Below, one piece after another: positions 1 to 11,400 of a stretch of DNA of 64,000 bases. A program made the position numbers and the translations under genes. Every line of letters starts with the position of its first letter. The first letter of the stretch is position 1. The notes below the pieces were generated by a model. The model made no database searches. It had not been told where the DNA came from and worked only from the letters and a program-made list of their open reading frames with translations. Source of the DNA: a virus; IMG/VR virus record IMGVR_UViG_3300045918_000320, positions 1 to 64,000 of that record; one strand, 5' to 3'.

Positions 1-144
1 TTTATTATAAAATTTTACACTAGAAATGTATATTTAGCTTTTGATATAGATGAATTAAATTTAGATATAGATAGAAAATATATTCTAGATATTAAAGTTT
101 CAGAAGCACCATTATTACGAATATTATTTGATGTTACTGAATAA
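1..144 (+). CDS. 3' end of small hypothetical protein with the C-terminal PLLRxL/I(F/Y) tag (partial)
   Basis: Frame 1 is open from base 1: FIIKFYTRNVYLAFDIDELNLDIDRKYILDIKVSEAPLLRILFDVTE*. It converges on and overlaps the end of the minus-strand late operon. Confidence 0.7.
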   Translation, partial: FIIKFYTRNVYLAFDIDELNLDIDRKYILDIKVSEAPLLRILFDVTE

Positions 145-453
145 TCCCAATTTATACATTGCTACAATTATAGCTGCACTGGCAGGAATTAAATATTTTA
201 GTATCCATCCTACAGCATTTACGTGAGTAGCTATTGGCTCAAGTTTATCGTTAATTTCTTTATATTGCTCTTTTTCTTCTTCTTTTAGACGTTCTAATTC
301 CATTTCTAGAATTTTTAATTTATGTTCGGCTAAGTCTGTACGTTTTTCGTGAATGATTAGGGATTGTGTATTACGTTCAAGAATTCGAGACTGTTTCTCA
401 ATTTCTAATAATATTGCATCAATTTTAGTTTCAAGGCTACTTTTTTGTTCCAT
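124..453 (-). CDS. Coiled-coil protein with C-terminal TM helix (possible holin or lysis accessory)
   Basis: Heptad-rich N-terminus and hydrophobic C-terminus WILKYLIPASAAIIVAMY. Last gene of the late operon. Confidence 0.45.
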   Translation of the reverse strand: MEQKSSLETKIDAILLEIEKQSRILERNTQSLIIHEKRTDLAEHKLKILEMELERLKEEEKEQYKEINDKLEPIATHVNAVGWILKYLIPASAAIIVAMYKLGLFSNIK

Positions 454-2557
454 CTTTAATTCCTAGAGTATTTTTTAACGATGTACGTAATGCTGGGCTA
501 TTTAAAATAATATTCATTATTGCTTTCTTTTTTCCTTCGTCTTCAGATTCTGCTATTTTAGATACTAAACTTTTTAAAGTAGGAGATTGAATATGAGGAG
601 CTATATTTTTTAATTGAGATGGATTAGCTAGAACGTCTTTTAAAGCTGTATTAGCTATTAGGGGAGTATTTACTACATTTGTACCTCTGCCTACTAGAGC
701 AATTCCTTTTCTGGCTAACGTAAGAGGATTATACACGTTACCTTTATTTGTAAGAGTAGATAGTTCGTAATTTCTAGCCGGGGTTTCTAGAGCTTGCATT
801 TTTGAAGCAAGTTCAGTTTCCCCTAACCCAGATAATAATTGTTGAGCTTCTTTATTTTGTCTAGTTATTGCGTCTGAAGTAATTCCGCCTTCACCTTTAG
901 CTGCTTTGTATACTCTATTCGCATACTCATCTGCAGATTTAATTGCTTCTGCACCAAATTCTTTACTTGGATTTTTTAAAGCTAAATCTCTAGCTGTTAA
1001 AGCTTTACTAGTATTCGATACTGCTTGAGAATATTCCGGACTAGCATCTTTCATTTTTTCTGAAAGTACTTTACGTAAATCTTCAGAAAAATTTTGGACA
1101 GGTTGAGCTAATCCGCCTTCTAGTGGACTAATACCTTTTAACATATCATTAATTTCTAATTGTGCTTCTGGAGATAGATTTTCTAATCCCCCATACTTTT
1201 GAGCTAGAAATTCCATTCTACCTTGTAATTTATTTATATCTCCAGAAAATTCTGGATTATAAGTTGTGTTTTCTACTGGAGGTTGAGCTGCTACTTTTTG
1301 GGCTTCTTGTAATTCATTTTCTAAAGTTGATTTTTTAGCTGCTAAAGATTCTATTTTTTTAGAATTTACTTCATTTATTTTAGTTATATCTTGTTGTATT
1401 GTAGATGCTTCATTATTTACAGAATCTACATGTTTTGCAATACTATCAAAACTCGCTAAAGATTTTTCATCTTCAGATAACATAGCTTTTGCCATAGCAT
1501 CATTTTTAGCTTGTTTTAAATCTTGTAATTGTTTTAATTTCTCTTGTAACTTTTTAGTATTTTCTGAAAGTCTATCATTTACTGTATCAGATACTTCTTT
1601 TAATTGACTATTAACGTCTTCTAATTTTTTAGCTACTTCTGGAACTTTATTTTCAGCAGGAGTTAACTTCGATACGCCAAATTTAGATTTAATACCTTGT
1701 TGCATTTCTGCTACTTCTGGAGCAATATTAAGTTCTGGTAAAGTACTAGCGGCTAAAGTTTGTTGTTTTCCAAATTTACCGCCTAAATTTTTTAATTCAT
1801 TTACTACAGGCTCACCTTGAGCTACTAAATTTTCGTAATTAGCAGTTTGTGCAGGTTCTCCTAATATTTTTGTTCCGGTAGCTTCTTTACCTAAAATATC
1901 GGCTAATTCAGCATACGTACTAATATTTTCTTTTGCAAAATTATGAACACCTTTAGCCATTTTACCAGCTACAGGTAATGTAGCTCCTAAAACTCCTCCA
2001 GTAGCTCCTCCTAATAAAGCACCTTGTCCTGCAGCACTAGCTAAATTTTTATCAGCCTCTCCTACATTTTCTACAGCACCATATCCAGCACCTGTTAAAG
2101 CACCTTCTCCGGCTCCTAAAGCCATCCTAGCACCTAATCCAGCACCTGATGCTAATTCAGGTAATATGCCCAATGCACCAACGCCTTTTGCTACAGCACC
2201 TGCAGGAATTAAACTACCAGCTATTTTACCAGCAGTAGTTAAATATGGATGAGCACTTTCTGCAGATTCAATATATTTTCTTACAGCATCTCTTTTTTGT
2301 TCGTAGTCGGATACAGAAGGAGATTGAATATTAGCACCTAATAAATTAGAAGCTGCTTGCATAGCTCCAACTGGATTTTGAATAGCACCTAATAGTTCAT
2401 CTCCAAAACCTGCAGTAAGTCCTTGTCCAGCACCTGTTAAAGTAGATGCTATTGATCCGGGAACATCTTCTTCTGAAGTTTGTTTAGAAGCTAAATATCT
2501 ATCAGGATTAAATTCTTCCTGTTTCTTTTTTAAATATGCGTCTGGATCAAAAGCCAT
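437..2557 (-). CDS. Putative internal virion/DNA ejection protein
   Basis: N-terminal FDPDAYL/FNPDRYL repeats, Gly/Ala-rich GAGQGLTAGFGDE segment, long coiled coil; lies after the nozzle gene, as in podoviruses. Confidence 0.65.
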   Translation of the reverse strand: MAFDPDAYLKKKQEEFNPDRYLASKQTSEEDVPGSIASTLTGAGQGLTAGFGDELLGAIQNPVGAMQAASNLLGANIQSPSVSDYEQKRDAVRKYIESAESAHPYLTTAGKIAGSLIPAGAVAKGVGALGILPELASGAGLGARMALGAGEGALTGAGYGAVENVGEADKNLASAAGQGALLGGATGGVLGATLPVAGKMAKGVHNFAKENISTYAELADILGKEATGTKILGEPAQTANYENLVAQGEPVVNELKNLGGKFGKQQTLAASTLPELNIAPEVAEMQQGIKSKFGVSKLTPAENKVPEVAKKLEDVNSQLKEVSDTVNDRLSENTKKLQEKLKQLQDLKQAKNDAMAKAMLSEDEKSLASFDSIAKHVDSVNNEASTIQQDITKINEVNSKKIESLAAKKSTLENELQEAQKVAAQPPVENTTYNPEFSGDINKLQGRMEFLAQKYGGLENLSPEAQLEINDMLKGISPLEGGLAQPVQNFSEDLRKVLSEKMKDASPEYSQAVSNTSKALTARDLALKNPSKEFGAEAIKSADEYANRVYKAAKGEGGITSDAITRQNKEAQQLLSGLGETELASKMQALETPARNYELSTLTNKGNVYNPLTLARKGIALVGRGTNVVNTPLIANTALKDVLANPSQLKNIAPHIQSPTLKSLVSKIAESEDEGKKKAIMNIILNSPALRTSLKNTLGIKDGTKK

Positions 2558-4095
2558 TACTTTACTCCATGTAATTTTAGAATTTGCTCTGCTCTAGGAT
2601 CTTTTGGATTAGATTTAGCCCATTCTATAGCTTGTTTATCTTCGTCTGTAACTTCTGCTGTATTAGCCATTTGATTAGTTTGACCTAATCCTACAGTTTC
2701 TAATCCTGCTTGTTTTAATTCTTGCCAATCTTCAGGATGGTTAGCAATCCAATTTTTATTAGCTTTTTCTACTAAATTAAATTGAGGCTCTACTAATTTT
2801 CTAGATGTTTCAATCTGTCTATTTAGAGAATGTTTTAAAAAGTTAACTATGCCGGGAGCATTTGCTGGCATAGGCTCTCCAGTAATATTAGTCATAATAC
2901 GAGAAGCTTGAGCACTTAAAGGATTTTGAATAAGTTCATGCTTATCAGATTCCGTTAAAGCACTACCTTTAATCATACTAGCTAAAGCAACATATCCTTC
3001 AGATATAGCTGCTGCAGATAATTTACTTGGATCTGATTCACTATTTAACATATTCATCGCATGTACACCACGATTAGCCAATGCTAATTGTTGTCCCATT
3101 ACAGATCTAGAAGTAGCCATTAATCCGTTTACACTTTTAGCAATTTTGTCTCTAGTTTTTTCGTCAGCAGCAGACATTTTAGTTTGTCCTGCAGCTTGTC
3201 GGTTACTTGCTAATTCAGCATATTTTAATTTTCTATCTTCTGAAGCTTGTTCAAAAGCTTTAGCTTTTTCGTATAGAGGAGTTAATACTTTAAGTTGAGC
3301 AGCAGTAGCATTTTCAGGAACATTAGCTCCCATTCTTTTTGCAAATTCTCTGTATGCTCTACTAATTTCACTATCTGGTTTTCTAGATTCAGCTTCGCTA
3401 TCTAGAGTCATTTTTTCTTGTTGTTGTTTTCTTGCTAATGCTAACTGCTCTACTGGACTATTAGCTTGCCTACCTAATTGGTCAGCCATACTAGTATCAA
3501 TATCCACTTGTTTTCCGGCACCGTAAGTACCCGCACCAGAAATTAAATTTCCAAATACTTTAAGTAAATTTGCTGTAGTTGTATTTTGATTAGATGCTTG
3601 TAAAGCATTTTCCATTTCTTGATCACGTAACGGATTTGTTGCTATATCTTTAGAATTAGCTAATTGTGCTTGTTTTTCTGGAGAAGTATGTGCAGCTTCT
3701 TGAGCCGCTATTTGTTTTAATTCATTTCCAATTTTAGGAGATGCTGCTGGAGTAGGCTGGATATTAGGCTGCATTTCCGGAATATTGCTATCGGAAACTC
3801 CATTAGAATTATCAGCTAATCTATTATCTAAGTTTAAATTAGGGATATAAGAAGCTAGTTTACTTTCATTTAAGGAGTTATCTAAATCATTTAAACCTAA
3901 ATTATTTTCATTTTCAGATTCGGCAGATACTAAATTAGGAATTTGAGTTACAGCATTATTAAAAAATTCTGCATTTGGAGAAGGAGTACCTTCTGGAGTA
4001 ATTGTATCAGCATTAAAATCTTGAGCTGTTGGTAATTTACCATTCTTTTTATAGAAGTCAGCTAAAGCAGAATAACTAAGTTTATTATCAGCCAT
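2557..4095 (-). CDS. Putative internal virion/ejection protein
   Basis: Helical, Ala/Gln-rich 512 aa protein in the ejection-protein cluster, translationally coupled. Confidence 0.55.
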   Translation of the reverse strand: MADNKLSYSALADFYKKNGKLPTAQDFNADTITPEGTPSPNAEFFNNAVTQIPNLVSAESENENNLGLNDLDNSLNESKLASYIPNLNLDNRLADNSNGVSDSNIPEMQPNIQPTPAASPKIGNELKQIAAQEAAHTSPEKQAQLANSKDIATNPLRDQEMENALQASNQNTTTANLLKVFGNLISGAGTYGAGKQVDIDTSMADQLGRQANSPVEQLALARKQQQEKMTLDSEAESRKPDSEISRAYREFAKRMGANVPENATAAQLKVLTPLYEKAKAFEQASEDRKLKYAELASNRQAAGQTKMSAADEKTRDKIAKSVNGLMATSRSVMGQQLALANRGVHAMNMLNSESDPSKLSAAAISEGYVALASMIKGSALTESDKHELIQNPLSAQASRIMTNITGEPMPANAPGIVNFLKHSLNRQIETSRKLVEPQFNLVEKANKNWIANHPEDWQELKQAGLETVGLGQTNQMANTAEVTDEDKQAIEWAKSNPKDPRAEQILKLHGVK

Positions 4096-4102
4096 ATTTT
4101 AC

Positions 4103-5251
4103 CTATACTTTTTTATTTGGATCTTGTTGAGTATTATTTGCAGTTTTACCCATTAGCGTACCTACAGCACCTGCTCCAGCATTGAAAATATTTCCAATAC
4201 CAGCCGCTTGAGATGAACCTTTATTTTGATTAAAAGTAGCCATGTTATTTTGTTGATTTTGTACAGCTCTATCTCTAGCGTTTTGTTGATTAGTATTAAA
4301 CTGAGATACTGAATCAGTAGCGTTTGCTTTAACTTGATTTCTGTTAAAGTCAGAAGTTAACATTTGATTTGTATTATTAGCTAAATTATTTAAAGCGTTT
4401 TGTTTAGCGTTAAAAGACATAGCTGCTAATTGATCACCTTGTTGTGATGTATTTTGTAATTGAGCTTGAGAAGCACCTAAAGACTGAGCTAATCCCATTC
4501 CTGAATTTCCCATACCTCTTCTAGCCATATTTTCAGAAATCTGATTTTGATTTGCTTGAAATTGTTGGTTAGATTGATTTCTAATATTGTTTAAATCCGC
4601 TTGATCTTGCGGAGTCAATCCCATTGTAGCACGATCTTGTAGACCTTGTAAAGCAGTACCTCTTGCCGCAAGCTGTTGAGCATTATCTTGTATCTTAGCT
4701 ACCTCTGGATCTTGTAAAATATTTAATCTATTAGCGGCATCTAACGCAGCTTGTTGATTAGCTGAAGCTGCATTTAATCCTTGATTACCTTTATTGTAAG
4801 CTGCCATAGCACCAGCAGTACCTAAAGCTCCAATACCTAAATTTCCTAAAGTTTGTCCAGAAATTTTACCTATAGAATTTCCATAGGCTTTTTTTAACAT
4901 GTCCATTGCTGAAGGGCTTTGTGGATTTTGTATTGCAGAGTTATCTTGCATTCTCATATCAGCATTACTAATTCCAGTAGAACTTGGTAATCTGGTTAAA
5001 TCGTGCATTTGACTAGTTTGAGTTCCTAATATATTATCTAAAGTACCGGAGTGTATTCCTAGAGTATCTAGTATATTAGTGCCCATTCCCGGATCGTATT
5101 GAGCTGGAGCTGTTTGCTTTAAAATATCATTAATTGTAGAATCTGGCATTTTCATCTCAGCAGGAGCTTCGTCTGAAATAGTACTAGGAGTATTTGCTAC
5201 CGTAGTATCTCCACCTGTAAAAGGATTGCCTAAAAAATCGTCCCAAGCCAT
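4103..5251 (-). CDS. Putative DNA ejection (pilot-like) protein
   Basis: Gln/Asn/Ala-rich, glycine-zipper GLGIGALGTAGAMAA, ARRGMGNSG motif; own late promoter and GAGGAG SD. Confidence 0.6.
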   Translation of the reverse strand: MAWDDFLGNPFTGGDTTVANTPSTISDEAPAEMKMPDSTINDILKQTAPAQYDPGMGTNILDTLGIHSGTLDNILGTQTSQMHDLTRLPSSTGISNADMRMQDNSAIQNPQSPSAMDMLKKAYGNSIGKISGQTLGNLGIGALGTAGAMAAYNKGNQGLNAASANQQAALDAANRLNILQDPEVAKIQDNAQQLAARGTALQGLQDRATMGLTPQDQADLNNIRNQSNQQFQANQNQISENMARRGMGNSGMGLAQSLGASQAQLQNTSQQGDQLAAMSFNAKQNALNNLANNTNQMLTSDFNRNQVKANATDSVSQFNTNQQNARDRAVQNQQNNMATFNQNKGSSQAAGIGNIFNAGAGAVGTLMGKTANNTQQDPNKKV

Positions 5252-5268
5252 ATATTCTCCTCGTATTC

Positions 5269-5285
5269 CTATAAGTAGTTGTTAA
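5269..5285 (-). promoter_or_regulatory. Phage late promoter motif TTAACAACTACTTATAG
   Basis: One of 12 copies; directly upstream of the SD of 4103..5251. Confidence 0.8.
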
Positions 5286-5297
5286 TTTTATAGTTAC

Positions 5298-5717
5298 TTA
5301 TTCATCAAAAAATGCTAAGTTATCTCCGCCTAATCCCTTAACCAGTAAATACACTTCTTTACCTGAGCTACAAGATACAAATCCTTGTTTTTCCATTGCT
5401 AATACCATCCCTTTTGTCGTGGTGTAATATTGCATATATTCAAAGCCTTGCTCTTTAGCTTGAGATACAATATACTCTAATAAATGTTCTAAAGCTTCTA
5501 GGCGACGAATAGAAGACTTATTTACTATTGTATATCCCATTAGTGCCATATTCGTATCTGTCTTTAAAAAACAGCTAAAAGCTATAGGTTCGTTTTCTCG
5601 GTATACAAAATAACTATTTTCTGGAATCATTTTGGAAGTAGGTGCTGCCCAATCCCATTCTGAAAACCATTTCATGAGTAATTCTAAATCTTGAGGACTA
5701 TACTTTTTTATGTGCAT
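5298..5717 (-). CDS. GNAT-fold acetyltransferase-like protein
   Basis: Size and pattern fit GNAT (LLEYIVSQAKEQGF...MEKQGF); such genes often lie beside podovirus ejection genes. Confidence 0.6.
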   Translation of the reverse strand: MHIKKYSPQDLELLMKWFSEWDWAAPTSKMIPENSYFVYRENEPIAFSCFLKTDTNMALMGYTIVNKSSIRRLEALEHLLEYIVSQAKEQGFEYMQYYTTTKGMVLAMEKQGFVSCSSGKEVYLLVKGLGGDNLAFFDE

Positions 5718-8106
5718 TCATGTACACCTTTAATAGTCTATTTTTATTTTTCTGTGAGTTTAATTTTTCTAATCTTTCGTCTTCAGTATAATCTTGAGTA
5801 TCGTCTATTTCAGAAATATCCGCCCAGACTTGGTGATCTTTAGTTATAACAATATGCTTTTCGTTAGCTATAGGAACTACAACATGACTTTTTAAATCTG
5901 TAGATTTTGCTTGTTTACTATCTCCTACACGAATCCATTTACCATCTTCAAAAACAGCATGAGTAGAGGATACTAAAACATCTCCATAATATACCATTTT
6001 GTCAGCTACAGATTCTCCTACTCCATTTACTTTTCCGCCATGAAGCATTTCATCTCCAACTTTTAAATCTTTAACTTTTTTTAAAGATCCGTCAGCCATA
6101 AATATTTCAGTTTCTGGATCAAAACATACCCATTTTAAAGCATTAACTACAGCATTTCCTACTTTACCTGCAGTGCTACCTAAAGAATGAATTACGTTAC
6201 CAGCTAAGTCTACTGGATTTTTAACAAAAGTATCTATTAATCCTTGCCCTACACTTTTTGATAATTGTCCTAAACCTGTTCCGATATTTCCTCTAGTGAT
6301 ATTTTGTAATCCTTGCCCTGCACCTTTAAAAGAACGTACAACATTAGAAGCTGTATTACCCACACTATTTAATCCTATATTTCCTAAATCTGCTACTGCA
6401 TTTAAATTTCCCGAAACTAATCCTGAAGCACCTTTTACAGCATCTCCAGCTACTCCCATTCTATTTAAAGTATTACTATTTTTTATACTAGTAAGTCCAT
6501 TAGCTCCGGCCTGTAGAGTTTGTGGATTAACTATGTACGATAATCCTCCTGTAGCTCCAGCTAAGGCTGCCTGAGTAGCTGCTAACGCTGCAGCTTTCGC
6601 TGCTGCACTAGCTTTCTGTTCAGAGTTTCCTCCGCCTGAAAGTGACTTTAAAACATTTATAGCACCGCTTACTCCTCCCGGAATAGCTGATGCTGCTTGA
6701 TCACCTATTAAATTTGTAACTTGATCTGCTGCAAAATTTTGAGCTTGATTTTGAGCTAAGCTAGAAGCTGCTTGCCCAACATTACCGCTTGCTAAACCAT
6801 TTACTAATCCAGAAGTCATTCCAGAATCAGCTCCTGTATAATCAGAAATTAATCCTGACAAACTATTTGACACTTGCTGTTTTGCTAAATTTTGTATAGC
6901 TTGCTGAGGATTATTTATAGCTGATATACCTTGATTTAATAATCCGCCATCTATTCCTAAAGTATCTGCTACTTTATTTACAGCTTGATTTTGAACACTA
7001 GTAAAAGGATTAAATCCTGTAGCTTGCTGAATAGCATTTCCAGCTTGAGATTTTGTATCCTGAGCTTGCTGAATATATGGATTAGCTACAGCATTAGCTT
7101 GAGCTGCTACTGGTTTGTAAGCTGCCGTTGCTTGCTGATTAGCTTGTTGAAATACTGGCTGGGCAGCGTTATTAGCTGCTTTAGTAGCTTGTTGCTCTGC
7201 AAAACCTGCTACCATTTTTGGAACATCAGGTTTAGCCGAAGGTTTTTGATTTTGTGCTGCTTTTTTTATTTGTGCTTTTTGGACAGCATCATTTTGTTTC
7301 TGTACATTTTTTTCCATTTGTGACTGTTGGAATTTAGCAAAAGAACCTGAATTATTTTCAGCTTCTCCAGAATTAGTTTGTCCAAAATTATTTGCAAATT
7401 GATTTGAGAATTTATTTTGTCCGGAAAGTTTACTTCCAGACGCTAAGGCTCTACCTTCCAAATTAGGATTAATTACTGTATCTTCGTTTTTAGTAGTATT
7501 TGTAGTGCCGGTATCATTTATATCAAATTTTTTATCTGCCATTTGCTTTTTAGCAAAATCTGCAAATCCTCCAGAATTACCAAAGTTTTCTAAATCTCCA
7601 ATTTCATTTTTGTATACTAAGTTTCCACTAGCATCAAATCCTTGGAATTTATTTCCTTTAGATTCTAAATCTGAAAATTGATCTTTATTAAAATTATCTT
7701 CATAACTGCCGTTTTGAGCTTGAGGATTAGAAGTTTTAAATAAATTTGTAGCATATTTAAATTGAGTTTTATCTAGAGATTTTATATCTCCATCTTGTTT
7801 TACAACTGGATTACCATCTTTATCAAATCCGTAAAAATTACCTTTAAGGGAATCATATAATTTTTGTTGAGATTCATTATCAGCTTTATCTTGATCTGAC
7901 ATAGCAGATTGGTTAGCTTGTTGAGCCTGAGCTTGTTGTATTTGACTATTTATATCATTTATTTTTTGTAATAAAGAAGAACTTTGAGTTTGTTGATTTT
8001 TTCTAGCTACTGTATCGCTAGGGTCAGAGTAAGTTTTATTATTTATAGCAGTATATTGCTGATTTAATATCGCTAATTGTTGTTGAAGTGAAGCTATATC
8101 TGCCAT
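5698..8106 (-). CDS. Putative ejection/virion protein with C-terminal Hint autoprocessing domain
   Basis: Q/A/G-rich body, then CFDPETEIFMADGSLKKVKDLKVGD (Hint block A) and VSSTHAVF (block B TxxH-like). Confidence 0.75.
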   Translation of the reverse strand: MADIASLQQQLAILNQQYTAINNKTYSDPSDTVARKNQQTQSSSLLQKINDINSQIQQAQAQQANQSAMSDQDKADNESQQKLYDSLKGNFYGFDKDGNPVVKQDGDIKSLDKTQFKYATNLFKTSNPQAQNGSYEDNFNKDQFSDLESKGNKFQGFDASGNLVYKNEIGDLENFGNSGGFADFAKKQMADKKFDINDTGTTNTTKNEDTVINPNLEGRALASGSKLSGQNKFSNQFANNFGQTNSGEAENNSGSFAKFQQSQMEKNVQKQNDAVQKAQIKKAAQNQKPSAKPDVPKMVAGFAEQQATKAANNAAQPVFQQANQQATAAYKPVAAQANAVANPYIQQAQDTKSQAGNAIQQATGFNPFTSVQNQAVNKVADTLGIDGGLLNQGISAINNPQQAIQNLAKQQVSNSLSGLISDYTGADSGMTSGLVNGLASGNVGQAASSLAQNQAQNFAADQVTNLIGDQAASAIPGGVSGAINVLKSLSGGGNSEQKASAAAKAAALAATQAALAGATGGLSYIVNPQTLQAGANGLTSIKNSNTLNRMGVAGDAVKGASGLVSGNLNAVADLGNIGLNSVGNTASNVVRSFKGAGQGLQNITRGNIGTGLGQLSKSVGQGLIDTFVKNPVDLAGNVIHSLGSTAGKVGNAVVNALKWVCFDPETEIFMADGSLKKVKDLKVGDEMLHGGKVNGVGESVADKMVYYGDVLVSSTHAVFEDGKWIRVGDSKQAKSTDLKSHVVVPIANEKHIVITKDHQVWADISEIDDTQDYTEDERLEKLNSQKNKNRLLKVYMNAHKKV

Positions 8107-8496
8107 TTAACTAACCGCCAAAACATTTATTATAAATTTAGTACTAACTGGTAATCCAGCAATGTGCGTAATTATAGCATTGTTTTTATTTATTGTAAAG
8201 TTAATAAAAGGAGCACTAGTGGGAAATATTCCATTAGTATTTGTAGCCGAGGTTACAATAAATCCTTTAAATCCATTAACCTGAGAAAGAGGTAATATAA
8301 CCTGATTTGTAGGTACACCAAATGCATCTACTATAACCTCAAAGGTTATATATTCATAGCTTAAAGTATTAGATAAAGCTTTACTAACCTCATCAAAAAA
8401 TGGGTTAAGTGATCTTGCCAATCTTGCCATATCATCTTTAGCAGTAGAGGAAAAATCATTTACATTAATTTTTTTAGTTTGTAAATTCTTAGCCAT
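8107..8496 (-). CDS. Hypothetical tail-associated protein
   Basis: Coupled to the nozzle gene; beta-rich C-terminus. Confidence 0.5.
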   Translation of the reverse strand: MAKNLQTKKINVNDFSSTAKDDMARLARSLNPFFDEVSKALSNTLSYEYITFEVIVDAFGVPTNQVILPLSQVNGFKGFIVTSATNTNGIFPTSAPFINFTINKNNAIITHIAGLPVSTKFIINVLAVS

Positions 8497-11400
8497 TATT
8501 TATATGCCCTATCGCTATATTCGTTAAATGTAATTGCTATACCATACAAGGAATAAGTTTCCAAAGCACCGGTATGTTGAAATCTAGCACCTATAAATCT
8601 TGATCTTTGTTTTTTTCTTGGGATATACGTACGTAACGGAGCCTTGTCCCCAGCACCTCCCCATACAGCACCATCTCCGAAAACGAAATCGCCAAAATTA
8701 CCGGCACTATTAAGGGAAAAATCAATATACTCAAAATCCGTTGATAAGTCACTATTAAATCCTAGTTTAGCCAGAAAAAAGCTTCTGTATTCAAAAACAG
8801 CTTGAGCTGTTGAGAATTGTTTAAAATTAATTGGATCTCCGCCATGTTGAGGAACATATTCTACTTCAGTAGCTATTGCTTTATAAAGTGTAATATCACC
8901 TTCTAAAAATGGCAAGGAATATTTTAAATAAATATCATTATTAGAAATATTTCTAGCTGTAATTATCCCTTCAAAATTAACACTTCCTGTTGATTTAGGA
9001 TAGTTTGAAAAGAATACTGTAGGAGATTGATTTAATCTGTCTACTATTTTATTCCATTCAGTTTGAATTGTAACTACATTATTTGTTCCAGAAAATACGT
9101 AAGAAGTATTTCCCCAAGTATCTGTGAAACTACTTGTATCTCTGACATTTAATTCATTTACTAAAGATGTAATTCTTGATGCTAAGTTTTCTCCCGGCAA
9201 TGGTGAAAAATCTGGATACATTGCGGAGTGACCTTCGGATAAAAATACGTCAATATCTAGCATTTTTAATAGTTGATTAAATCTAGCTATAGTGATATAC
9301 TGAGTTTGAATTAAAACATCTCCGGCTTCCATTTGTGAAGCACCTGAAGGCTTAATTATATTCCCATTTGTAGAAAGTGTAGGCAAAGATACTAAAATCT
9401 CTCTATCTGCATAATCCATTCTGTCAAAATTCTTTCTTTCAATTTCTATTACGTTAGCATCTCCGCTACCAAAATATAAAGTATCATTATCATTATTTAA
9501 AACAGCACAAGTTTTAGAAATCTGCCAGCTAGTCCAGCATCCTGTTTCCACATTAAATCGGTATGCTATTTTAGCTACTGTATCATTTTTAGTTAATACT
9601 GTCCAAAGCATATAGCTTCTATCTGTTTCGTATGCTATTCCAAATCCTACTTCAGCTAAAACTGGAGAAGTAGTAATAAAAGGTAAAAGCTTATCTTGAA
9701 TTGGTTTTGAAATTACATCTTTTCCAACTTCTGATACTTTTGCCACACCCTGCGTTCCATAATAATAAATTTCGTTATTTAAAACAGCTACACTATCTGG
9801 AACTTTTAATAATATTGTGTTATCAAAAAGACTTACTGTAAAATCACTAGAAGAAAATCCTGATAATCGAAATAGACCATCAGTTTTAAATATAAATAAA
9901 GATTCTCTGAGAGCTTTAATTCTTAAAATAGGAGCATCAGAACTACCTACTAAAATTACGTTTAGCAAAGGTACAGATTCCGGCTCGTCTTGTTTTGAAA
10001 AATAAATAGCATTTACAGATTGAGAACTTGAACTTTCAGATTTTGGATCTGCAGACAAATTTGGGTAAAATGCTGTAGCAATTGTTGTATCTGTAGTTGT
10101 TGTAATAAATGCAGTATCAACTAAAGTTTTACGTATTAAAAGAATTTTACCGGGACTATCATTTGTTCCGGAAATATATTGAGCGGTAACTATTGAATTA
10201 GGATTTTGATTAATTATTCTAACTAAAGATTGAGCTGTAGCCTGAACTGCAGAAGAATCTATTGGATCATCTGATAAAAATACTTCAAATAAAGAAGCAT
10301 TTTCACCATCTCCATTTTGAGTAGTATTAAAAGTAAAATGAGTTTTATATGCAGAAATTGTAGAATCTGCTGTAGCGTCTGCATATCCATTATAAGTGTT
10401 AGCGACAGTTATAGTGCCTCCAACATTGTTTATAGTAAAATCATAAGGGGCTACTGCCTGAACTGCTAAAACAACTTTAGCAGCTACTGAAGCTGAAGTT
10501 ATATCTGCTGATAAACTAGAAATATCTACTTTAATTCCTACTCTACCATAAGTTTCTGCTGTAACTGGTTCTACAGTAGAACCTGATTTGTCAAACCAAA
10601 CAAAATATTTAGTTTCGTTATTAGCACTATTTAAAAAAAAGTAAGACTGATTTGTAATAAATCCGTAAGCATTTACTGCTATTGTGGAAACTTCTGCACT
10701 ACCTACAAAAACATAAGTTTCAGTATTTGTACCATCTGAAATAATAAAATTAGATACTCCAGTGGTAAAATCTGTAACATCCTGCAAAGATATTTCTTTA
10801 AAATGTCTTAAACGAGTATTAGCATAAAATACGTGATTATTAAATAATTCTACATCTACTGCAAATGGAGGTTTAAAGTTAGCAGAGTTAATGCCTCCTC
10901 CTGAAATAGGATTGGTATATAATGGTGTTCCTCCGAGTCTAAAATCTTCAGACAGTCGGTCTACGTAAAATAATTTTTTAGCAGATAATTCTCCAGAAGT
11001 AGGATTACCTTCAAATACTAAATTGTATTCATCAGACAATTCTCCGTTTACGTCTTTTAATTCGCAACGAAATACTCTGAAAATAAAATCTGTATTTGTA
11101 ACCTCGTAGGGTATAAATATTTCTAATTGTGCTGATGCGTTATTTTCTGTTGTAAAATTTTCTACTGTAACTGAGTTACTCGGAATACCTTCGATAAATA
11201 AATCATTTGTATCCTTGTATGCCCAAGTAATTTTATAAGCTGTTTTTTGATTACTAGGCACAAATCCCAATTCATCGTAAATTAAAAGAGCTTTAGCTCC
11301 TATAGATACTACTCCACCAGCTTCTTTAATGCTAGAAGTAGTAAAATCACTAGCACTTTTTGCAGATAACTTTTGCACTCCAATATCTGAAGTAAAATAT

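Noticed and set aside
5698-6130. Mobile self-splicing intein
   Set aside because: No homing endonuclease, no His-Asn plus Cys/Ser/Thr splice junction and no real C-extein; treated as a Hint autoprocessing domain.
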